Shown: piece by piece, positions 29,798-37,720 of the stretch
Numbering within the stretch: position 1 is the stretch's first letter
Layout: every line of letters begins with the position of its first letter
Source: Calditrichia bacterium
GTDB lineage: Bacteria; Calditrichota; Calditrichia; RBG-13-44-9
Direction of reading: 5' to 3'
Length of the DNA stretch: 38,142 bases
Assembly (NCBI GenBank): GCA_037381445.1
Contig: JARRQT010000094.1
Location: 1-38,142, forward strand
Notes under the pieces: generated by a model
Seen by the model: the letters and a program-made list of their open reading frames with translations, nothing else
Databases searched by the model: none
Told to the model about the DNA's origin: nothing
Translations under genes and position numbers: made by a program

Positions 29798-31303
29798 TCA
29801 CGGATGGAAAGAAGCGCCGGACAGCTTTTCGTCAAAGACGGTCTTTTTTACCGCAAAGTGATATAATCCGTTAATCTTGCTCACGGGAAGCCGGGAACCG
29901 GAAAAAGCACGGACATATTTGGCGATCAGGTTATTGGAAAAGAAATTATAGACCGAAACCTCATTGGAATCGGCAATCACCGCGTATTTCTCGCAATGGT
30001 ATTGGCGATTCGGAAACAGCGTGGCAAACAGTTTACTTTTATACCCGGGAAAGTTCTCCGGGACAGAGATCAGCAGGGGATCCTTTAAACAAAAACCATA
30101 ATACTTGCCCCGATCGGTTATTACCAAACCTTTGCTGCTCATGAACGGCTTCGTATTATCATCGTCATCATAGCCATTCAGAAGAATCAATCTTTCTTCA
30201 GAATAACCAGACAGGTATTTCGCCCATGCCCTGGCCGATGGCAGCTCATTTTCCGGAATGCGCAATCTGCTGACGATATCCTCTCCCCCACTGTATTTGC
30301 GATACAAACTCAGGAACGCGGCGCTGCCCATTTTCTCCAGCAGGAAGCGGGCATAGAGACCGGCCAGGGGGTAGGTCAACGAGGCATTGTTTTCATGAAA
30401 GCCGAGCCAACTGAGCAAGTCCCGGAAATCCAAAAGCCCGCTGTTCTGCAGAAATGCTCCCATGTGAAGAATTACATCGGGATCACGTCCGCCCCTTCCA
30501 CCGCAGGCTACCGCAATGCCCTCCTGCAAGACCGGTAAGGTATAAAGCGGCAGAGTCTGCAGCCTGTAATTCACCAAAAGATGAACCAGTTCATGAAAAT
30601 GACAATTATAGGTGGTAATGATATAGTCATACGGAATATAATACATGCCGCGAGCACGATATCCGGAGAGCTTCTCGATTTCATCCTGGTTGCGGCAGAT
30701 GAAATAATGGATTTTATTTTTGCGCAAGCGATTAAGCTGCTCCGGCGTATATTCCAATGTATCAGCCATGCAGCGGACAAAGCGGTTGAGTCTCTCCATT
30801 ACATAGCTATTAAAGAGCGCCGGATCGCTGAGATGAAAAATGAAGAATCCTTTTTCTATCACCGTCCAGTCCCTGGTGAAATAATCCGGCGCGGATACCA
30901 GCAGGCTGTCCCGGAAATAGTAGGTTCGCTCCATTTGCAGAGCCGGGACTGAAACTTTTAGTCTAAACCAGGATTTCTCCAACAGCTCGATATTGCGGGT
31001 AACCTCCAACTGCTTTGTCACAATCTTACTTCTGGACAGTGAATCAATATCATTGGAAATCAGATATTTCTCCGGATTTCCGGTATACTGAATCCCCAGC
31101 CGTCCGGACAGCTTCAGTTTTGCGGGTGCAACAAAATGCGTAAGATCTTGCCGGTTCCGAATCAAGGCCTGTGTAAAGGCTGAGGCCAGCGAGTCGGGGT
31201 TTCCTGCGGTCAGCGGCAGAAAGGCAAAAATGATGGTGTACATCGCGACTATCAATACAGCCTGCCAGGGCTGCGCCCGACCACGCATCGTGGTATAATT
31301 CAT
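29798..31303 (-). CDS. Exported protein with gluzincin-type metallopeptidase motif
   Basis: HELVH followed about 16 residues later by EGIA. Hydrophobic signal segment after MNYTTMRG. Start uncertain (ORF open to 31408). Confidence 0.7.
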   Translation of the reverse strand: MNYTTMRGRAQPWQAVLIVAMYTIIFAFLPLTAGNPDSLASAFTQALIRNRQDLTHFVAPAKLKLSGRLGIQYTGNPEKYLISNDIDSLSRSKIVTKQLEVTRNIELLEKSWFRLKVSVPALQMERTYYFRDSLLVSAPDYFTRDWTVIEKGFFIFHLSDPALFNSYVMERLNRFVRCMADTLEYTPEQLNRLRKNKIHYFICRNQDEIEKLSGYRARGMYYIPYDYIITTYNCHFHELVHLLVNYRLQTLPLYTLPVLQEGIAVACGGRGGRDPDVILHMGAFLQNSGLLDFRDLLSWLGFHENNASLTYPLAGLYARFLLEKMGSAAFLSLYRKYSGGEDIVSRLRIPENELPSARAWAKYLSGYSEERLILLNGYDDDDNTKPFMSSKGLVITDRGKYYGFCLKDPLLISVPENFPGYKSKLFATLFPNRQYHCEKYAVIADSNEVSVYNFFSNNLIAKYVRAFSGSRLPVSKINGLYHFAVKKTVFDEKLSGASFHP

Positions 31304-31783
31304 ATTATTCACTTTCACGGTCTTTTGGTATTTCTGTCTGCTGTTTTTGATTTTCATACCAACCAATTTTCTCGATCCCTGCCCAATGCGCTTCAATTTG
31401 CCATCCATGTCAGGCCGCTAGTTTGAATCAAAGGCATTTTGCAATTCAATTTGAAAGCAGCTAATGCCCTGTTGGCTAATATCACAAATCAGACTTTCGA
31501 ATATTAGCGAAAAATTCAGAACCTTAATCGGGCGCCGGCTCTTATAAAGAAAGGGAAAGTTTGTCAATCCGTGATACGGTAAAGGAACTCTATAGACCAG
31601 GGCATAATATCGACTGATAACCAACAGCTCCATCGGGTGTCTGCCGGTTTGCTGCCCAGACATACCATGCTGGCCGCCTTAAATGGTTTACGAACCTTGT
31701 CTGGCAAACGATCACAACACCATTCTTTACAACCCATCGTTTCATTTATCCAGATTGACGAACTTGGTTTGTATTCTTCGAGT

Positions 31784-31875
31784 CAAAAGAACTCCTCAGA
31801 CCGATGTTAAAGTCGTGAATAAATCTGCATAGAGGAACGATTGCAGTCGATCATGGCAAGACTGAACGGCCCTGA
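31784..31875 (+). repeat. Degenerate hairpin-core repeat copy
   Basis: caaaagaactcctcagaccgatgttaaagtc...gtcgatcatggcaagactgaacggccct. Confidence 0.65.
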
Positions 31876-32545
31876 AGACATCATTTCGAGGCATAAAACA
31901 GTTTTGGAGACCATGTGCATGAGGTTCGGTCCATTTAAACCGCATCGGATCGCTATTATCATATATTTCGATATAAAATAGTTTGTAAAAATCTTGGAAA
32001 ATAAATTCCCATTTTATACATTATTGAATGATAGTCTTCGTCAATAAGGACGGATTATGACAAGCAATACGCGTCACCGGCCAAAACAATTTCAGAATCG
32101 CAGTCTCCCCTTCATGAAAACATGCCGTATGATCCTGAACATTCCGGACCGCACCACAGAACGCTTCTTTGCTGAAGCCGATTATGGAGGCGTATATACA
32201 AAATATCCTATTACCGGATTAACAATGAAATAGGGTCATCCGGACTCTCTTGAACGATTTGGGACAAGGCGCGTCATTCTATTTTTCACTCTGCTTCACC
32301 ATGCGATGTCTTCTGCTGTTTTTTCAGGAAACAGATAAATCCTGAACCGCAAAATCAGGATCTTTCCATGACGGGGTTTTAATTCGGGTAAGATTGTTTT
32401 AATATACAAGAAGATGCAGCAATTGCCGAGACCTTCACCAACACGGGGGATCAAAATGCCCAGGGAAAATGCAGAACCTGACCAACCGACAACAAAGGAG
32501 AGGGAGGAGAACAAAGGGGGGAATTTAAAAATCGGGAGGATATCG

Positions 32546-35044
32546 ATGGTGTCCTCGATAAGACAGTACCGGGTTGAAGAAGAACGGCAAATCAAAGACA
32601 GCGCCATTGAATCATCCCTGAACGCCATTGCCCTGGCGGATCTACAATGGAATGTCAGCTATGTCAATCCGGCCTTTCTGGAAGCCTGGGGATACGATGC
32701 CCGCGAAGAAGTATTGGGAAGAAACTGCACTGAATTCTGGGCCAGCCCCGAACAGGCGTACGGCGTTATTGAAATCCTGAAAACCCGGGGATACTGGAAA
32801 GGCGAACTCACTGCTAAACGAAAAGACCACACAACATTCGACGCGCTGTCGACGACCAGCGTGGTGAAGGACAAAGCGGGTCATATCATATCCGTGCTGG
32901 GCTCATTTATTGATATTTCCGAGCGTAAAAGAGCTGAGGAAGCCCTGCGCAAGGCCAACCGCGCGCTGCGCACCATTACTGAATTCGACCAGGCACTGGT
33001 GCGCCTCAACGACGAACAGGAATTGCTGGATTATCTGTGCAGGGTTCTCATTGAAATGGGAGGCTACCGGCTGGCCTGGGTGGGTTATGCAGCGCACGAT
33101 GCACAGCGAAGCATTCGGGTGGTGGCACAGAAAGGCTTTGAAAGCGGCTTCCTGGAGGACCTTCGCTTGACCTGGGCCGACAGCAGGCGGGGACGCGGCC
33201 CGGCGGGAACCGCCGTCCGGACCGGAGAGCCGGTGATCAGTCAGAACCTTATCACCGATCCCAATTTTGCACCCTGGCGGGAGGAAGCCGTACAGCGCGG
33301 TTTTGCCTCCTCCATTTCCTTGCCGCTTTTTCTGAATAATAAAATCCTCGGTAATCTGAATATCTGCGCGACAGAGGTCAACGCCTTCGATCGGGAAGAA
33401 ATCGATCTGCTCATCAAACTGGCAGACAATTTGTCCTATGGCATCAACACGCTGCGCACCCGCGCCGAACGTCGCCGGGCAGAGCGGGCCCTGCAGGAGA
33501 GCGAAAGACGCTATCACACCCTTTTTGAAGATTCGCCGGTGCCGCTGGCCGAGGAGGATTTATCGCAGGTCAAAGAATATGTCGACCGGCTGGTCGCCTC
33601 AGGTATAGAAGACCTCGAAGGATATCTTCGGGACAATCCGGGCGTGGTGGATGAATTGATTTCGATCATTAACATTACGGACGTTAACCGGGCATTTCTT
33701 ACATTATTGGAGATTGAAGACAAGCGCTTGGTCCCCCTGGACATAAAAAAATATGTTTCCGAGGAAAAATATTCTTCCTTCATCCGGGGATTCATGGCGC
33801 TGCATCTCCGGAAATCGCATTTTGAAATGGAGCGATCTGTCAGGACCTCCTCCGGAACTCCGCTGAATGTTCTCTTCAATTGGCAGGTTGTCCCCGGTTA
33901 TGAGGCGGATTTTTCGAAGGTACTGATATCCCTGGTAGATATCACTGCCCGCAAAAAGACCGAGAGAGCGCTGCAGCTGAGTGAAGCACGCCATCGCGGG
34001 ATGATGGAATCGGCGCCGGACGGCATCATGGTTTTTAACAGCGAGGGCCGCCTGCTGCTCATGAATGCTCAGGCTGAGAAAATGTTCGGCTATCGCCAGC
34101 AGGAAATGCTGGGAAAGCCGGTCAACAGTTTTATGCCGAAGCATCTGAATCGGCGCCACAACAGGCATCTGGAACACTATTTAAATAACCCGAAGGTGCT
34201 CCATTTGGGCAATGGCAGGGAGCTGGTCAGTTTGCGAAAGGACGGCACTGTTTTTCCGGTGGAGATAAGCCTCAGCCCCTGGCATAGTGAGAACAATCTG
34301 CTGATTATGGCCATCATACGGGATATCTCCAAACGCAAAGAGGCCGAATCAAAACTTAAAAAGTCCGAAGATGATCTGCGTAAGCTTTCCATGAGGCTGT
34401 TGACGGTGCGTGAGGAAGAAAGAAAATTTATCGCCCGGGAAATTCACGATGAACTGGGTCAGCAGCTCACCGGCATGAAAATTGACCTTTACTGGCTGAA
34501 AAGCAGGCTGGAAAAGCCGGATTGCCTGAAAGCCGGGCAAAGCTTGAATAATAAACTGCAGGCCGCACTGGACATGGTAGACACCGCCATTAAAACCGTA
34601 CGGCGTATCGCCACTCAGCTTCGTCCCGCCTTACTAGATGATGCCGGATTGACCAGAGCCATGGAGTGGCATGCCCGGGAATTTTCGAATCGCACCGGCA
34701 TTGAGTGCCGCCTGTCCGCTCCTGAGAAAAATATCGCATTTGACAAAGACCAGTCAATCGCCGTCTTCCGCATTTTTCAGGAATCCCTTACCAATGTGGC
34801 GCGCCATGCCGGCGCCAGCCGGATAGACGTCATTATGAAAAAACTAAAGACACGCTTTATCCTCCGCATTAAGGACAACGGACGGGGAATCACGCCCGGG
34901 GAAATTGATAAGTCCCAATCGCTGGGACTGGTCGGTATCCGGGAGCGGAGCATCGCCCTGGGGGGTAAAGCAGAGATCTGCGGAAAGCCCGGCGAAGGTA
35001 CCACGGTTACTGTGGAAATACCGTTGAGGAAGCGGGGCAAATAG
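32546..35044 (+). CDS. Cytoplasmic PAS-GAF-PAS-PAS sensor histidine kinase (HisKA_3, NarX/UhpB type)
   Basis: PAS/PAC ends DISERK, DITARK and DISKRK, a GAF domain, EERKFIAREIHDELGQ, QESLTNVARHA and DNGRG. ATG 32546 has a GGAGG RBS (ORF open from 32414). Confidence 0.9.
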   Translation: MVSSIRQYRVEEERQIKDSAIESSLNAIALADLQWNVSYVNPAFLEAWGYDAREEVLGRNCTEFWASPEQAYGVIEILKTRGYWKGELTAKRKDHTTFDALSTTSVVKDKAGHIISVLGSFIDISERKRAEEALRKANRALRTITEFDQALVRLNDEQELLDYLCRVLIEMGGYRLAWVGYAAHDAQRSIRVVAQKGFESGFLEDLRLTWADSRRGRGPAGTAVRTGEPVISQNLITDPNFAPWREEAVQRGFASSISLPLFLNNKILGNLNICATEVNAFDREEIDLLIKLADNLSYGINTLRTRAERRRAERALQESERRYHTLFEDSPVPLAEEDLSQVKEYVDRLVASGIEDLEGYLRDNPGVVDELISIINITDVNRAFLTLLEIEDKRLVPLDIKKYVSEEKYSSFIRGFMALHLRKSHFEMERSVRTSSGTPLNVLFNWQVVPGYEADFSKVLISLVDITARKKTERALQLSEARHRGMMESAPDGIMVFNSEGRLLLMNAQAEKMFGYRQQEMLGKPVNSFMPKHLNRRHNRHLEHYLNNPKVLHLGNGRELVSLRKDGTVFPVEISLSPWHSENNLLIMAIIRDISKRKEAESKLKKSEDDLRKLSMRLLTVREEERKFIAREIHDELGQQLTGMKIDLYWLKSRLEKPDCLKAGQSLNNKLQAALDMVDTAIKTVRRIATQLRPALLDDAGLTRAMEWHAREFSNRTGIECRLSAPEKNIAFDKDQSIAVFRIFQESLTNVARHAGASRIDVIMKKLKTRFILRIKDNGRGITPGEIDKSQSLGLVGIRERSIALGGKAEICGKPGEGTTVTVEIPLRKRGK

Positions 35045-35130
35045 GTTGCACTCTGTTTTTTAATCGGACAAGAAGATCGCCCGGTGCTCCCCATTTCATT
35101 GGAGGCCACACGTATATTCCGCCTGCTCTC

Positions 35131-35310
35131 TCCCCCTGCGGCAGGACCAGGCTGCAAGCGCCGACGTTTTTTATCCTGTCATTATTCCATGAATTCAAAA
35201 TAAGGTACTTCATATCGATTATAACGGCCTGACTGAGAATCCATACTTTGTTTCTTCGTTTCCGGTCGATTCTGGTTAGGCTGAGAGGCCTTTACACCCG
35301 CTTCCATCTT
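35131..35310 (+). repeat. Left direct repeat of the TA module (hairpin core at 35196-35294)
   Basis: 35167-35270 matches 37574-37682 apart from one substitution and a 5-nt indel. Confidence 0.92.
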
Positions 35311-35313
35311 CGA

Positions 35314-35790
35314 ATGAGGTTCCAGATCCCCGGTCCCGAGGACATCAAATATTTCATGGACAACTGTAGCCTCTCCCTGCGGGATATGGTGGCTTTAACC
35401 GGGATCGCTTTTAAAACCATCGACCGCTACCGGAAGGGCGCTATTCCCGATCCGTCAAACGCCAAATTTCTGAAAATGATTATGAGGCATCCTTTCCTTG
35501 TGATGGATTTAATGGAGGAAAATGAGCATTTTCAGGCTGCCCGCTTTAAAAAGATGAAAGAAAAATTACGGCGCGAGATTGAACGTCTAAACTCCGAAAT
35601 TTGCCTGGAGTGCCCTGTGAGGGAAGCGTATGGCAGGTATATTATTCCCGACAGACAGCAAAAACCGGAATTTGACAGAGAGTGGGAACCCGGAAGAAAG
35701 GATCCGATTGTCGAAAATATAGCAGGAGAAGCCTATGCCTGTTGTTGCGGAAAGATATCATCAATTTGTAAGCAATCTGGAAATCATTAA
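35314..35790 (+). CDS. MqsA/HigA-like HTH antitoxin with extended C-terminal tail, probably 5' truncated
   Basis: PEDIK......LS.RDM..L.GI..KTI.RY..G..P HTH, followed by a low-structure tail with aromatic residues. No N-terminal Zn finger, and the upstream frame runs into the repeat. Confidence 0.7.
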   Translation: MRFQIPGPEDIKYFMDNCSLSLRDMVALTGIAFKTIDRYRKGAIPDPSNAKFLKMIMRHPFLVMDLMEENEHFQAARFKKMKEKLRREIERLNSEICLECPVREAYGRYIIPDRQQKPEFDREWEPGRKDPIVENIAGEAYACCCGKISSICKQSGNH

Positions 35791-36289
35791 TATTACGGCC
35801 CCGTCCGTTTCATGGGAGCTGTTGAAAGCCCCGCCGAAAAATAGCGAATTATTCCATTCAACTGAAATTAATTTATTGGACCCGATAATTAAAGGCGAGT
35901 CAAACGCAGTGATTGGCGCCAAGCTTGTTGTGACAGGGAAGACAAAAAAGGCCAAAAAACCTTTCATGACCGTTAATATTACGCTTGAGTTGTCAATAAC
36001 CGTCCCTCCCGAATTTTTAACCCGGGAGATTTTAGAGGCATATGCGCAGCGAAATGCATCATTAACTCTGGTTGCTACTTTTAGAGAGCATGTCAAATAT
36101 GCCACTTTTCAAATGGGCCTGCGTCCTTTGGTCCTGCCGGCACTGAAGATACTGCCCCCCGAGCACGCCCAGGCAAGGCAATCAAAAAAACGTAATGCAT
36201 CCGGAACGAGAATTTTATCTTCGGGAGTTATCAAATCGTTTTCAGGTGTCACCCCGACAGATAAGCCTGGAGCTTTCAAATCTTCGTGA
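35735..36289 (+). CDS. SecB-like chaperone
   Basis: LEIINI..beta strands...AYAQRNA.......FREHV...T.QMGLRPLVLP fits the SecB-like N.....P..R......T..MG.PP..LP pattern. RBS aggag. Confidence 0.72.
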   Translation: MPVVAERYHQFVSNLEIINITAPSVSWELLKAPPKNSELFHSTEINLLDPIIKGESNAVIGAKLVVTGKTKKAKKPFMTVNITLELSITVPPEFLTREILEAYAQRNASLTLVATFREHVKYATFQMGLRPLVLPALKILPPEHAQARQSKKRNASGTRILSSGVIKSFSGVTPTDKPGAFKSS

Positions 36290-36758
36290 TATTGAACTCA
36301 TTAAAAAACGCGTATCAGGCAATCATCATTATTATTCTGTAAACCAGCAGCACCCTTTATTTGCCGATCTGCGCAATATCTTTTTGAAGACGATTGGCCT
36401 TACAGAGGTGCTTCGGAAATATTTGCGGCCTTTCGCAGAGGAGATTGATTATGCTTTTGTGTATGGTTCGATGGCTAAAGGCAATGCAACCGTGAAAAGT
36501 GACATCGACCTAATGGTCATCGGAGGCGTGACTTCGAGGAATCTGTCAGGCGCAATATTGGAAGCGGGACAAGAGTTGGAGCGGGAAATTAATTTTTCCG
36601 TTTTTAGCCTGCACGAAATGGAAAGTCGATTGAGAAATAGCGATCACTTTTTTACAACCCTGTTTTACGAACCTAAATTATTTGTTATAGGAAATTCCAG
36701 TGAGTTTGAGCGAATGGGAAAAAAATGGCTGGCTGAAAGCCCACAGGACCAGCAGTAA
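36195..36758 (+). CDS. wHTH-fused minimal nucleotidyltransferase (MNT antitoxin)
   Basis: EFYLRELS...ELSNL wHTH and AFVYGSMAKG...SDIDLMVIG pol-beta NTase motif. Confidence 0.88.
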   Translation: MHPEREFYLRELSNRFQVSPRQISLELSNLRDIELIKKRVSGNHHYYSVNQQHPLFADLRNIFLKTIGLTEVLRKYLRPFAEEIDYAFVYGSMAKGNATVKSDIDLMVIGGVTSRNLSGAILEAGQELEREINFSVFSLHEMESRLRNSDHFFTTLFYEPKLFVIGNSSEFERMGKKWLAESPQDQQ

Positions 36759-37143
36759 GGAGGTTCATAATCTTCTGAAGGTAATCGAAAGGGACCTTCA
36801 GGATTGCCAGGTGCAGCATGTCTCGGCAGATTGGCGGTTTGCAATCGCTTATAATGCAGCGCTTCAATGCTGCACCGTTGCGCTTTACTGTAGCGGTTAT
36901 AAGCCGGCCCGGGGTCAGAGCGAGCATTATCGTGTTATTCAATCACTTTCCCTGACGCTGGGCAATGATTTTGTGGAAATCCGCAATTATCTGAACGCCT
37001 GTCGTGCAAAAAGAAATGTAAGTGACTGCGATGCGGCGGGCACCATTTCTGACAGCGAAGTCGGTGAGCTGATTGAGACCGCCGTAGAATTGCGGGAAAG
37101 CCTGATCCGATGGTTAGAGAAAAATTATTCACAGTATCTGTAG
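36700..37143 (+). CDS. HEPN-domain protein (MNT-HEPN toxin partner)
   Basis: DWRF.IAYNAALQ....L...GY.......H and R.KRN...(Y) HEPN-like motifs. GTG start overlapping the MNT gene. Confidence 0.8.
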   Translation: MSLSEWEKNGWLKAHRTSSKEVHNLLKVIERDLQDCQVQHVSADWRFAIAYNAALQCCTVALYCSGYKPARGQSEHYRVIQSLSLTLGNDFVEIRNYLNACRAKRNVSDCDAAGTISDSEVGELIETAVELRESLIRWLEKNYSQYL

Positions 37144-37155
37144 GTTAAATCTGGG

Positions 37156-37720
37156 AATAGAAAGGCAATCAGATCTTTCCGGGCATGGCAGAAAATCTGA
37201 CCATTTCCTGGCATCTTCGTTCCCGTACGATCCTGACAAGGCTGAGGGCCTTTAGAGCCGCTTCCATTTTAAAATCCGGAATGGAAAGCGCAGTCTCCAG
37301 TTTCTTTTCACTAGTTAGTCCCGATGCTAAAATGCTGACCGAATAAATCCGCCCCCCCTTGCAGAAGGCAACACGGATTATAAGGGCCTGGCGGTCTGAC
37401 CCATTCTATTATAGTTTCTTCGATTCAAGTCGACCCTGGTTAGGCTGGGGGGCCTTTACAACCACTTTCCCCTCCGAAGAGGAATGGTGCCGTTCTTTTC
37501 AAGAGCCGGGGGAGTGCTAACCGAATAAATCCCTGCCATCCCCTTGCGGCAGGCTCAGGCTAAAGGCGCGACATTTTTTATCCTGTCATTATCCCATGAA
37601 TTCAAAATAAGGTACTTCATATCGATTATAACGGCCTGACTGAGAATCTGACCCATACTTTGTTTCTTCGTTTCCGGTCGATCATAGCGAGACTGAGAGG
37701 TCTTTACGTCCGCTTTTATT
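37156..37720 (+). repeat. Tandem array of three hairpin-core units (37156-37254, 37363-37458, 37603-37706)
   Basis: Each unit has cttcg.t.c...cga...a(g/a)(g/a)ctg.g.g.cttta. The linker tgct(g/a)accgaataaatcc...ccccttgc.g.aggc occurs twice (about 37333 and 37515). Confidence 0.85.

Noticed and set aside
31410..32400. Possible genes in the 1-kb gap
   Set aside because: Only short ORFs without motifs or RBS. Apart from one repeat copy I could not assign anything.
37156..37720. CRISPR array
   Set aside because: Units are about 200-250 nt and degenerate, with no identical 23-47-nt repeats, no unique spacers and no cas genes.
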